Shown: positions 1 to 12,655, counted from the stretch's first letter. The stretch is 64,000 bases of DNA from Octopus sinensis (GCF_006345805.1 NC_043011.1:7192001-7256000); one strand, 5' to 3'. Notes: generated by a model not told the origin, from the sequence alone. Numbers and translations: made by a program.

Positions 1-148
1 AACACCAAAATGGCATTTTACTGATTCTTTCTATTTTGCCTTTAATTCTGACAACTCAACATGTTACGTGGAGGTAAGTGGCACCAAACTATTCATACAT
101 CATTTACGTTTGACGGATATTTGTCTTCATCTTGTTTGTTATTAACAC

Positions 149-518
149 CTTTAACTCTGAGCACCTTTTCAAACTCCACCCATCTAACACCCGTGGACAT
201 ATTTACAAAGTAAGAAAACAGCACAGCTCCCATGACTTTAGGAAACATTTTTTCACGCTGAGAGTTGCTGAAGCATGGAACAAGATGCCAGCATCAGTTG
301 TTAGTTGTCGGAGCACTGCATCCTTCAAAACTTCCATGCTTCCTGAGATTCGCCAACACTACACCTGATTTTCTCCCCTCCATACACACGTGAGCATGTA
401 TCTGACTCATGCATTGTTTGCTTTCCAGACATTTGTACATTACTGCATGTGCTTTATACGCACTTTTGACAAGTTGTGGTGCACCTGAGCACTGTATACA
501 ATAATTTCATTATTATTA
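149..518 (+). mobile_element. CR1-clade LINE 3' fragment, 5'-truncated, with (ATT)n tail
   Basis: Encodes ...NTRGHIYKV...FFTLRVAEAWN, the CR1-type ORF2 C-terminus. Near-identical to 8098-8645. Flanked by a TAACAC duplication (143-148, 519-524). Confidence 0.85.
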
Positions 519-1048
519 TAACACGTTTCGGCTGATATACCCTCCAGCCTTCATTTCAAACCTGGGTTCTCATTCCTAAGGTATTTTTTGATGTTTGGTT
601 TGGTTTCTACAGCTGGATGCCCTTCCTTTACAGTGTGTGCCAGCTGCTCCTTCTGTGCCACTGGCATGGGTGCATTTATGTGGCACAGACACACGTGGCA
701 CCAGTATGAATGCATTTTACATGAAGACTGGTCAGCCCCTACCAGCTGCAGATCAAGCGGACTCTAGTATGGGAACAGATAGCTACTGAAAAAAAGATGA
801 TGCATGTATGCATGTGTGTATGTGTCAGTGTCTTGACATCACATGTTAGTCGTAAAGGAGTGCCACTGTCATACCAGCAGTGTCATTCATTTCTATTTTT
901 CTGCAAAACGTGTCTGGCAATAGAGAAATATTACCTTATTTGGTGACAGTGGGGCCATCTAGCCATAGGAAACCTACTTCAGTAAACTTAGTCTGAGACA
1001 TGTAAGAATGGAAAAGTGAAAAATTAAAACCATGATGATGACTTAGAG

Positions 1049-1264
1049 CAATGCTTTTCAAACTTTTTGCTGGAGCGGAACCCCAAGGAAACATTCCACT
1101 GGCTCAGGGAACCCCTGTGCAATAATTTAATAGTCTTATGCACACATATCTGCACAGGAGAATTAAAAATTACTGCTGATTTTAGCAGTTTTGTAACTTC
1201 TTGCGGAACCCCTGGACTGTACTGACGGAACCCTAAGGTTCCGCGAAACCCTGGTTGAAAACTT
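1049..1264. mobile_element. hAT/Charlie-like MITE (degraded)
   Basis: Ends resemble cagtggttttcaa...ttgaaaaccactg TIRs; internal ggaacccc motifs repeated. Confidence 0.45.
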
Positions 1265-2485
1265 AGAGGATCTTCTATAGCCATCCCCACCTTGGCTAAT
1301 ATTTTTCTATGTTTTGCTGCCATATGGAACCATCAGCAGAATTACTGCAACATGTCCCCAGATGTTTCTTCCAGTTCTGATTCTTGTCATTGCTTCCTTA
1401 TAGAAAATTTTGTTGTAAGCATTTTTGCCGTTGGAAAATTTGCTCTAAAAAAATAAAAGTTACAGCAAAAAGTACATTATTTGTGCAGCATTTCTTGGAA
1501 TTTTCGTATATTTTATTTTTAAAAATGCTGATATAATAAACGTTATCATTGTCCATACAGCGAATTTTCCCATGGTAAGTGTCTACCAAGAATTTTCTGG
1601 TCACAGTTTTTGCTCAGATTTGGCTCAAATGTCAGAATACGACCCCCCCCCCCGTAACTGCTTTACCAATTCTGTGATTCCGTTCTTCACATCACTCTGC
1701 TTCTACTTCTTCCATCTCCTCTTTCTGATGATATGACATACTCATCCTCTGTTTTTACCATTTCTAGGGAGTTTCATCTTCTGATTCTTGGTTTGCTCTG
1801 CTGGATTTTGGCGTCAACTACTGTAATCTCCATAATATAATAACAGGTATGAATTGCTTTGATTTTCTTCAGAAATATTGGTTTCAGATTTTGGCACAAG
1901 GCCAGCAATTTGTGGGGGGGGGGCAGTCAATCACATCAATGCCAGTGCTCAGCTGGTGCTTATTTCATCAACCCCAAAAGGATGAAAGGCAAAGTCAACC
2001 TTGGCAGGGTTTGAACACAGGGCCTAAAAAGACCTACCGAATGCCTCATCATTTTCTCTCTGGCATTCTCACAGTTCTTCCAACTTGCTGCTCTTTTCTC
2101 TTCAGAAATATAATTTTTGTGTGATTTTAAAAATTATGTGTTGTGTTTTTGTTATATTTTTGTTTATATTTTCGTAATTTTGTTGTGTTATACCAATATA
2201 TCATTATACAGTGTCAGTCAACTATCAGAGATCTTTGGAGTGCCACGTAGAACAGATTGCAATATTTAACCCCTTGCCTGCCATGAGCCCCATTTGGGGA
2301 TCAGCTAAAAATAGCCTCACTGCCGGTTCTTCGTTGTATTTAAAGTGTATTTGCTTATGAACATTTCATTTGCAGAGATGTGTTGAACAATATTTAGTAA
2401 TTAAAGTTTGTCATTATTAGCTCTGGCTAATTCTAGAGGACATTTTATGTCATAAATCGCTATTTTTGAACTACAAAAATATTGA

Positions 2486-2912
2486 CTCTCTTTACTCTTT
2501 TACTCTTTTACATGTTTCAGTCATTTGACTGTGGCCATGCTGGAGCACCGCCTTTAGTCGAGCAACTTGACCCCGGGATTTATTCTTTGTAAGCCCAGTA
2601 CTTATTGTATCGGTATCTTTTGCCGAACCGCTAAGTGACGGGGACATAAACACACCAGCATTGGTTGTCAAGCAATGCTAGGGGGACAAACACAGACACA
2701 CAGACACACACGCACAAACACATATATATATATATATATACATATATACGACGGGCTTCTTTCAGTTTCCGTTTACCAAATCCACTCACAAGGCGTTGGT
2801 CGGCCCGGAGCTATAGCAGAAGACACTTGCCCAAGATGCCACGCAGTGGGACTGAACCCGGAACCATGTGGTTGGTTAGCAAGCTACTTACCACAGAGCC
2901 ACTCCTGTGCCT
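2486..2912 (-). mobile_element. tRNA-derived SINE family A, intact (about 410 bp, central (TA/CA)n, (GAGTAAAA)n tail)
   Basis: Reverse strand has an A box (ggctgtgtggtaag) and B box (ggttcagtccc); many near-identical copies in the window. Confidence 0.9.
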
Positions 2913-2996
2913 ATTTGTTAATAATTCAAATATTTGTTCTGACTCACTGAGTTGAGTTAAAAGCTTGTCACGACCATTCCACCTTCAGGATTACTC

Positions 2997-3190
2997 TCAT
3001 CATCACCGTTTAACGTCCGCTTTCCATGCTAGCATGGGTTGGACGGTTCAACCGGGGATCTGGGAAGCCAGGAGGCTGCACCAGGCTCCAGTCTGATCTG
3101 GCAGTGTTTCTACAGCTGGATGCCCTTCCTAACGCCAACCCCTCCATGAGTGTAGTGGGTGCTTTTCACGTGCCACCTGCTCAGTGCCAC
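2997..3190 (-). mobile_element. RTE LINE 3'-UTR fragment with (GAT)n tail
   Basis: Matches the 3' end of the RTE copy at 50381-52277. Confidence 0.8.
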
Positions 3191-4236
3191 TCTGTTAAAC
3201 ATAAAGCTTATTCATTTGCATTGTTTTAAATCGTATCATGCATTGTCTTGTACATTTGAGATTTTGATGATTCAACGAAGAATATCTTGTGGTATTTGTT
3301 GTGGTTTCAAATTCTGCTGAGGTCAAACTTTGCTTTTCGCTCTTCTGAAGTAAAGTCCCAATCAAGACGTTGATGAAGGTTGAAGGTAAGGAGGGGATCG
3401 ATTTATCCACCAACGCTGCTCCCTGGAAACGATGGACAGCCCCGTGCTGACTTTAGCAATCATTGTAGTTGAGTGACAAGCGGCAGGCAAAATGTTTCAT
3501 GTTGTTTGGGTGTTCAAATTCCACCGCAGCCGACTTTCTTCTTCATGCTTCCAGGATCATTAATGTTTCATACTGGACATAGATTGGAATTGGTAAGCTT
3601 CTGGTTTTCCTTTCATAAGTGGATGTAGGTCGACCCCGGGACTTATTCTTTGTAAGCCCAGTATTTATTCTATCGGTCTCTTTTGCCGAACTGCTAAGTG
3701 ACAGGGAGGTAAACACACCAGCATCGGTTGTCAAGCAATGCTAGGGGGACAAACACAGGCACACAAACACACATATATATATATATATACATATATACGA
3801 CAGGCTTCTTTCAGTTTCCATCTACCAAATCCACTCACAAGGCTTTGGTCGGTTCGGGGCTATAGCAGAAGACACTTGCCCAAGGTGCCACGCAGTGGGA
3901 CTGAACCCGGTTCTTGACCAGTTCTTATCCAAAATAAACCTTCTGTTAGCAACTAATTATTAAGTGTTGTCTCAAGTCTGAGGCGTCATTGGGCTGGTTA
4001 CCTGGTCCCCTTGGCATATAAGTGATGTGGCCAAAATCATAAAAACTACCCCTGGATGGGGCGCTAGACTGTCGCATGGTTGATTGAACAGGCACAACAG
4101 GAAATGAAGTGTTTTACCCAAGAACGCAATGCACCGCCCAGTCTGTAAATTGAAACCATCATCGTACAATCATGAATGCGACACCCCTGTCCAATAGGCC
4201 ATGTGCCCTCACAATGTTAAACGCTATAGATTTATT

Positions 4237-4461
4237 CAGTTCTGTATTTAAGAGATGAGGAATTATTTACATTTGATGGATATTTGTCCTCATCTTGTTT
4301 GTTGTTAACACCACGTTTCGGCTTATATACCCTCCAGCCTTCATCAGGTGTCTTCGGAAAATTTCGAACCTGGGTTCTCATTCCTAAGGTATTTTTTGAT
4401 ATTATTATTATTTAGGTCACTGCCTGGAATCAAACTCAGAATCTTGGGGTTAGTAGCCCAC
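4237..4461 (-). mobile_element. SINE family F (tRNA head plus hammerhead tail), 5'-clipped
   Basis: Inverted copy of 4462-4686; CTGATGA...GAAAC core on the minus strand. Confidence 0.75.
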
Positions 4462-4686
4462 GGGCATATGGTGTAGTGGTTAAGAGTGCGGGCTAACTCT
4501 AAAATTCCGAGTTAGATTCCAGGCAGCGACCTGAATAATAATAATATTGAAATATATCTTACGAATGAGAACCCAGGTTCGAAATTTCCCCAAGACACCT
4601 GATGAAGGCTGGAGGGTATATCAGCCGAAACGTGTTAACAACAAACAAGATGAGGACAGATATCCGTCAAATGTAAATAATGTACA
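4462..4686 (+). mobile_element. SINE family F, full length (tRNA-like head plus hammerhead tail)
   Basis: A box tggtgtagtgg, B-box-like gagttagattcc, then gacac-CTGATGA-stem II-GAAAC. Confidence 0.75.
4594..4636 (+). ncRNA. Minimal type I hammerhead ribozyme motif (Penelope-type); this copy probably defective
   Basis: gacac CTGATGA a ggctg-loop-cagcc GAAAC GT gtt. The consensus inferred from other copies is GAAACGTTGTGTT, so this copy lacks about 3 nt. Confidence 0.6.
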
Positions 4687-5837
4687 GATTTATTACTTTT
4701 TTCTTCCACTTGTATTATATATTTAAAAAATTTTTTCTTCTGTTCATGTATTTATTTATTTCCAATTTTTCTTGCAGGGAGTGACATTGACACTTTAGAT
4801 GGTTACACAGAATTCACCGAGAACAGTGTCTGCACGTTGTATACTTCCAGAAATTGTGCTAAATATTGATATTCTAGTAACCAGTGGTGTTTATATGAAT
4901 GTGTTTAAATACTCACTCACACCTATATATGTGTGTGTGTGTGCATATCTATAATATACATAATGTGAGATTAATAAATGTATACATATATATATCTGTA
5001 TATGTATATATGATTTTTTTCTATGAGTTTTTTTTACAAAGAATGCTGTATGTATGTCGAAAATAAAAGCAATAAAGTATTTGTATGTTATTTTATAAAG
5101 TTTGTTTTGTTTAATGAAATTAATTTGATTTGAATACAAAGTTGTATTCAAATTCTGTTCTCAAATTCCCCAAGACACCTGATGAAAACTGGAGGGTATA
5201 GCAGCTGAAATGTTGTGTTAACATACGTATATGTATATATGATTTTTTTTCTATGAGTTTTTTTACAAAGAATCAGAATTTGCTTTATTACCGGTCTTGA
5301 GTTCAATTGAGACCTTGAGCAAGTGTCTTCTACAGCAGCTTTGAGCTAACCAAAACTTAACAAATGGAATTGGTAGACAGAAACTGAAAGTATCCAATTG
5401 TGTGTAATCATCACCTTTGTTTTGTAAGGTCCACTGTTCCCTGCCTGCATGGGTCAGGCAGAGTTACTTAGACTAGATTTTCTATGGTTGGGTGCCCTTC
5501 CTGCGGCTAACCCTTACCTGTTTCTGAACACAGCAATATCCCCCATACACGCACACACACCATGGCCAGACAGAAGGTTGGAAATGAATGACACTGCTTG
5601 TATGACAGTGAAACTCATCTACGACAATCATGTGATGTCAACTGAAGGAGATACAAACGTACTACTCATACAAGATGGCCCCTTCTTTCAGTTTCCATCA
5701 ATGAAATCCACTTGCAAAGCTTTGGTTGGCCTGTGGCTATAGTGGAAGACACTTGACCGAGGTGCCATGCAGTGGGACTGAACCTAGAACCATGTGATTG
5801 GGAAGCAACCATCTTAATCCCACAGCCAGTGCACATA

Positions 5838-6226
5838 CTCTCTTTACTCTTTTATTTGTTTCAGTCATTTGACTGCGGCCATGCTGGAGCACCGCCTTTA
5901 GTCGAGCAACTCGACCCCAGGACTTATTCTTTGTAAGCCCAGTACTTATTCTATCGGTCTATTTTGCCGAACCGCTAAGTGACAGGGACATAAACACACC
6001 AGCATCGGTTGTCAAGCAATGCTAGGGGGACAAACACAAACATACACGCACACACATATATACGACAGGCTTCTTTCAGTTTCCGTCTACCAAATCCACT
6101 CACAAGGCTTTGGTTGGCCCGAGGCTATAGTAGAAGACACTTGCCCAAGGTGCCACGCAGTGGGACTGAACCCGGAACCATGTGGTTGGTAAACAAGCTA
6201 CTTACCACACAGCCACTCCTGCGCCT
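5838..6226 (-). mobile_element. SINE family A, intact
   Basis: Near-identical to 2486-2912. Confidence 0.9.
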
Positions 6227-6995
6227 ATGTTAATAAGCACTGTGCATCACTTCTCCCATCAGGGCCTTGACTGGTTCTGCCCTTTCAAAGACATGACATT
6301 GAATATTCCTTCTTCAAAAACAAGGGTCAGGTAAGTGTTGGAAGCTGGAAGAGCATCCAATCATAAAACAATGCCTTAATATATACTAACATGGGAAAAA
6401 TGGATGTAAAAACAAATTGATATATTTGTGTGTGTGTTTTTATGTGACTATATTCTGTGTCCTCACATAAGTGTTGGAAGAGAAGTCTGATGTTGTTTGG
6501 ACATTCATTATCATCATCATCATCATCATCATTTAACATCCATTCTCCATGCTGGCTAGGGTCAGGTGATTTGACAGAAGCTGGCAAGGCCAGGAGCCAC
6601 ACCAGATTCCACAGTCTTTTGGTTTGGTTTCTATAGCTGGATGCCCCCCCCCTTCCGATGCCAACTATTTTACAGAGTGTACCGGGTGCTTTTTACGTGG
6701 CACCAGCACCATTGTTTTCTACATGGTCCCTGTAACAGTGCTTTGTATAGCACCAGCTAGTTACTTATTCAAATCTACTAAAAGCAGACCTTGTTCTTAC
6801 AGTTTATACCATGTAATGCTGATGAGGACCCAATAACACTGAAACACGTCCGAAGTTGTCCTGCTAAACCCGACACATGCTCTTTACAACATATTCACGA
6901 AATTAGTCTTAATCAAAATTTCAGAGTTATCTCCCCTGCATTTCTTGAATTCGTTTGGTCAGAAAATGACTTATTAAACCGGATATAATTTTAAT

Positions 6996-7400
6996 ACTCT
7001 CTTTTACTTGTTTCAGTCATTTGACTGCGGCCATGCTGGAGCAGCGCCTTTAATCGAGCAACTTGACCCCGGGACTTATTCTTTTGTAAGCCCAGTATTT
7101 ATTGTATCGGTCTCTTTTGCCAAACCGCTAAGTAACGGGGACATAAACAGACCAGCATCGGTTGTGAAGCAATGCTAGGGGGACAAACACAGACACACAA
7201 ACACACACACACATATATATATATATACATATATACGACGGGCTTCTTTCAGTTTCCATCTACCAGATCCACTCACAAGGCTTTGGTCGGCCCGAGGCTA
7301 TAGTAGAAGACACTTGCCCAAGGTGCCGCGCAGTGGGACTGAACCCGGAACCATGTGGTTGGTAAACAAGCTACTTACCACACAGCCACTCCTGCGCCTA
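6996..7400 (-). mobile_element. SINE family A, intact
   Basis: Near-identical to 2486-2912. Confidence 0.9.
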
Positions 7401-8097
7401 TATGAATTAAAGAGTTTATTAACAGGTTACATTAATTATGCTAATGCTCATTTTATTATAAATTTGCATTTGTTCCCTTACCACCTGTGTACCCATGGCT
7501 TTAATGGGAAATTGATTGTTATGCAGGATTTCAAAGGCCAAAATATAGCTGTGTGGTTAAGAAGTTCAGTGACCAACCGCATGGTTTTTGGTTCAGTCCC
7601 ACTTTGTGGCACCTTGGGCAAGTATCATCTATTATAGCCCTAACCAACCAAAGCCTTGTAAGTGGATTTAGAGGATGGAAACTGAAAGAAGCTCATCACT
7701 TTTTTATATATCTGTGCCACATAAGGCAGTGAGCTGGCAGAATTGTTGGCACGGTGGGCAGGATACTTAGAGGCAGTTCATCCAGCTTTACGTTCTGAGT
7801 TCAAATACCACCGATGCCAACTTTGTCTTTCATCCTTTCAGGGTCGATGAAAACGAGTACCAGTTATACATTGAGGTCAATGTAGTTGACTAGTTCACTC
7901 CCTGCTAAATTTCAGGCCTTGTGCCTATGGAGGAAAGGATATATCTGTGTCACTTAAAAAGCACCCTGTACGCTCTAAAGAGGTCAATGTCAGGAAGAGC
8001 ATCCAGCCATAGAAACCACACTAAATCAGATAATTGGAGCCCTGTGCAGCCCTCCAGTTTTGCCAGCTCTTGTCAAACCATCCAACCCATGCCAGCA

Positions 8098-8645
8098 TGA
8101 TGCCCAGGATATCAATCGCATGGAAGCCGTTCAGCGACGTGCAACCAAAAGAATACCCTCCATCAGGCATTTGCCATATTCTGAACGCCTTACTTCCCTG
8201 GGCATGGATACATTGAAACTCCGACGTCTGGCAGCTGACTTGGCAGACACCCATAAAATTATCAACCATCGTACAAACAATAACTCTGAGCACCTTTTCA
8301 AACTCCACCCATCTAACACCCGTGGACATATTTACAAAGTCAGAAAACAGCACAGCTCCCATGACTTCAGGAAACATTTTTTCACGCTGAGAGTTGCTGA
8401 AGCATGGAACAAACTGCCGGCATCGGTTGTTAATTGTTGGAGCACTGCATCCTTCAAAACTTCCATGCTTCCTGAGATTTGCCAATACTACACCTGATTT
8501 TCTCCCCTCCATACACACGCAAGCATGTATCTGACTCATGCACTGTTCGCTTCACAGACATTTGTACATTACTGCATATGCTTTATACGCACTTTCTGAC
8601 AAGTTGTGGTGCACCTGAGCACTGTATACAATAATTTCGTTATAT
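8098..8645 (+). mobile_element. CR1-clade LINE 3' fragment nested in an RTE tail
   Basis: ORF 8060-8497 reads MEAVQRRATKRIPSIRHLPYSERLTSLG...RGH...FF..RV...WN. The RTE tail stops at ccagcatg (about 8098) and resumes at aaaaacggacgttaaatgatg (about 8650). Confidence 0.9.
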
Positions 8646-9395
8646 ATATGAAAAACGGACGTTAAATGATGGTGATGGTTTGCAGGTGTGTTGTTTTGAC
8701 ACTGAGAGATAGTTGCAAGCGTTGTCATACAAGCAATGTTATGTGTTTGCACCATATGTTTAGATTTCATACAGATATGAGGGAGAGATTGGGTGGGGAA
8801 GGGTTTCCTTGCCTCAGCATTAATTAATAGTTGTGAGTATCAATATCATACAAGTGGTGTCGTATGTTTCTAGTTTCCCATGACCATGGGGAAATATTAC
8901 CTTATTTGGAAATAGGTGAGGATTAGGGACAGGAAGGGCATACAACTGAAGAACATCTGCCTCAACAAATTCAATCTGATTCAAGAAAGCATGGAAAAAT
9001 GAATATTAAAACAATGATGATGATGATGCTAACCCTCACCTGTTTATTTTTTGTTTTTTGCAGGTAAGGAATCGTTATATTCCACAGGTCTTTGCAAGCA
9101 TACAGTGATTGGTCATACTGTTAACAAGGAATATCAACATCATCACAGATGTCAGGCTTCGTGCAGTTTCCACTGACACAGAATATATCACGATGTCACA
9201 GTATTGATAGGACAATCAGATGTTTGTTATACATCACTGGTCACAATGCACTTTCCATCATTTTAGCTTTCAAATGATGCCACCTTGCTGGTTTGAGCAA
9301 GCAGGTCAGCATTCTCCCTGATCAGGGGGCTATTCTGTCACAGAGTGACCCATTTACAGCTGGGTGGACTGGGGCAATGTCAGATGAAGTACATT

Positions 9396-9798
9396 CTCTC
9401 TTTACTCTTTTACTTGTTTCAGTCATTTGACTGAGGCCATGCTGGAGCACCGCCTTTAGTTGAGAAAATCGACCCCGGGACTTATTCTTTGTAAGCCCAG
9501 TACTTATTCTATCGGTCTCTTTTGCCGAACCGCTAAGTGACGGGGAGGTAAACACACCAGCATCGGTTGTCAAGCAATGCTAGGGGGACAAACACACACA
9601 CATACACATATATATATATATATATATACATATACGACAGGCTTCTTTCAGTTTCCGTCTACCAAATCCACTCACAAGGGATTGGTCAGCCCAGGGCTAT
9701 AGCAAAAGATACTTGCCCAAGATGCCACACAGTGGGACTGAACCCGGAACCATGTGGTTGATTAGCAAGCTACTTACCACACAGCCATTCCTGCGCTT
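9396..9798 (-). mobile_element. SINE family A, intact
   Basis: Near-identical to other A copies. Confidence 0.9.
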
Positions 9799-9799
9799 A

Positions 9800-10190
9800 T
9801 CACATTATTTACAATTGATTGACAGATGTCCTCATCTTCTTTGTTGTTATCACAACTTTTCAGCTGATGTATTCTACAGCCTTCATCAGGTGTTCTGATG
9901 GAATTTCAAACCCAACCCTTTACTTGACTTTTGGGGTTCACTGTTCCCATTCCTAAGGTATGTTGTTTGGTGCTGTTTTTCTGCTACTATTAGTTTTCAA
10001 GTCCCTGACTGGGATTGAACTCAGAATCCAAGGGTTAGTAGCCCGCACTCTTATCCACCAGAACACCTGATGAAGGCTGGAGAGTATATCAGTCCGAAAC
10101 ATTGTGATAACAACAAACAAGATGGGGACATCCATCCGTCAACTGTAAATGATTTACATAACTCATCATCCTAAAAATATAGAATAGTGA
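9800..10190. mobile_element. Head-to-head pair of older SINE F copies, each with a hammerhead core
   Basis: ccttcatcaggtgttc at about 9880 (minus) and gaacacCTGATGAaggctgg...ccGAAAC at about 10062-10100 (plus). Confidence 0.7.
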
Positions 10191-10267
10191 AATGAACACA
10201 AGAACACAATGCACCGCCCAGACCAGGAATCGAACCCATGACCCATCAACCGTGTGTGCAATATTCT

Positions 10268-10492
10268 AGCTGGCAGAAACGTTTGCATGCCGGGCGAAAT
10301 GTGTAGCCGTATTTCGTCTGTCGTTACGTTCCGAGTTCAAATTCTGCAGAGGTCGACTTTGCCTTTCATCCTCTCGGGGTCGATAACTTAAGTACCAGTT
10401 ACGCACTGGGGTCGATATAATCGACTTAATCCCTTTGTCTGTCCTTGTTTGTCCCCTCCATGTTTAGCCCCTTGTGGGTAGTAAAGAAATAG
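10268..10492 (+). mobile_element. tRNA-derived SINE family B (Nin/Inv-domain type)
   Basis: gagttcaaattc B box followed by gtcgactttgcctttcatcc...ggggtcgataa..taagtacca, the Nin-domain-like motif as recalled from the SINE literature. Confidence 0.8.
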
Positions 10493-10904
10493 GTATTCTA
10501 ACCACTAGGCCACACACACACGCACATGTAGCAGAAATAAAAAAGAACAAGGAAGTCACATGATGTAATCAAAAGAACAATTTTCAAGCAACTTAGAGAT
10601 TCATAACATGTTTCGTTTCTTCTTTTGATATAAGATGAAAATAATTAAATCAAATAAGTGAGAGAGAGAGAGAGGAAAGAGAAGCGGCATTTTTTGTATT
10701 TTGCAATATATATGGGTCTTATACAATGAGAAAAAAGAGCAAGAATGGCAACAGCAGCAACAACAATATAATTGATAATAAAAAGGGGAGCAGAAATATT
10801 GCTTAAAACATTGGTGGCCAAATGGAGATGACAAGATTAAAAAAACACCAAAAAAAAAACAAAAGAGAAAATAAATGCAATATTAACACTAATTTCAAAA
10901 GATA

Positions 10905-11305
10905 ATCATCATCATCATCATCATCATCGTTTAATATCCGCTTTCCATGCTAGCATGGGTTGGACGGTTCAACTGGGGTCTGGGAAGCCAGAAGGCTGCC
11001 CCAAGGCCCAGTCTGATCTGGCGGTGTTTCTACAGCTGGATGCCCTTCCTAATGCCAACCACTCCGCGAGTGTAGTGGGTGCTTTTTACGTGCCACAGAC
11101 ACAGGTGCCAGACGAGGCTGGCAAACGGCCACGCTCGGATGGTGCTTTTTACGTACCACCGGCACAGGTGCCAGACGATGCTGGCAAACAGCCACGATCG
11201 GATGGTGCTTTTTTAAGTGCCACCGGCACGGAGGCCAGGCGAGGCTGGCACGGCCACGATCAGATGGTGTTTGTTACGTGCCACCAGCACAGAGGCCAGT
11301 CGATG
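10905..11305 (-). mobile_element. RTE 3'-UTR fragment with about 4 internal tandem units
   Basis: (CAT)n start and repeated ggtgctttttacgtgccac units. Confidence 0.85.
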
Positions 11306-11546
11306 CAATAATAATAATAATGATGGTGGTGGTGGTGATAATCCTTTCTACTAAAGGTACAAGGACTGAAATTGGTGGGCAGAAATTAGTTGATTACATT
11401 AACCCCAGTAATCAACAGGTGTTTTATTGATCCCAAAGATATGAACAGTAAAGTCGACCTCAGCAGAAATTGAACTCAGAACATAGTCGGATGAAATGGT
11501 GCTAAACATTTTACCCAGCCCGCTAATGATTCTACCAGCTTGCTGT

Positions 11547-11959
11547 TCTCTTTACTCTTTTACTTGTTTCAGTCATTTGACTGCGGCCATGCTGGAGCAC
11601 CGCCTTTAATCGAGCAAATCAACCCCGGGACTTATTCTTTGTAAGCCCAGTACTTATTCTATCGGTCTCTTTTGCCAAACCGCTAAGTGATGGGGACGTA
11701 AACACACCAGCATCAGTTGTCAAGCAATACTAGGGGGACAAACACAGACACACAAACATATACACACACACTTATATATATATACACATATATACGACAG
11801 GCTTCTTTCAGTTTCCGTCTACCAAATCCACTCACAAGGCATTGGTCGGCCCGGGGCTATAGCAGTAGACACTTGCCCAAGATGCCACGCAGTGGGACTG
11901 AACCCGGAACCATGTGGTTGGTTAGAAAGCTACTTACCACACGGCCACTCCTGCTGCCT
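11547..11959 (-). mobile_element. SINE family A, intact
   Basis: Near-identical to other A copies. Confidence 0.9.
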
Positions 11960-11963
11960 TGAG

Positions 11964-11997
<34 letters not shown>

Positions 11998-12621
11998 CAA
12001 CAACAAGAACACCCAGAGAGTGTAAATCTCTGCCAAGGCAACACTAATGTTCTCTCAACGATTAACTGGAGATGATTTTTAAAATGAGAATATCTCGAAT
12101 AAACTCGACTGCTCTCACAAACGAGAATATTAAAAATGAACCTGACTGCTCTCAAGAATTAAGTGAAAAATACAATGGGAAAATAATGCAGAATTCTTGT
12201 TTTGTACTGGATTGATCCCAAAATCAAATCAGTTTGTTAGACACGAGACGAAACATGCCTGAAAGTTTCATCTGAATCCATCCTGCGGTTCTTGAGATAT
12301 CTTCTCCATGGTCAAACAAACAAACACGACTGAAAACAATACCTGCACCTTCACTGAGGCAGAGGTAATAATAATAATAATAATAATCATCATCATCATC
12401 GTTTAACGTCCACTTTCCATGCTGGCATGGGTTGGACGGTTCAACCGGGGTCTGGGAAGCCAGGAGGCTGCGCCAAGCCCAGTCTGATCTGGCAGTGTTT
12501 CTATGGCTGGATGCCCTTCCTAACACCAACCACTCCGTGAGTGTAGTGGGTGCTTTTTACGTGCCACAGGCACAGGTGCCAGACGGGGCTGGCAAACGGC
12601 CACGGACGGATGGTGCTTTTT

Positions 12622-12622
12622 A

Positions 12623-12655
<33 letters not shown>

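Noticed and set aside
2665-2955. Recurrent MSSNARGTN.../MTTDAGV.../MPKMPRSGTEPG... ORFs
   Set aside because: Reading frames through SINE-A copies; length and frame vary with the internal microsatellite.
4462-4530. tRNA gene
   Set aside because: No acceptor-stem closure; continues into the SINE body. The same holds for all other tRNA-like heads.
6818-6860. CTGATGA...GAAACACGTC hammerhead-like string and the 65-aa ORF around it
   Set aside because: Helices I and II cannot form more than 2 bp; the ORF has no recognisable homology.
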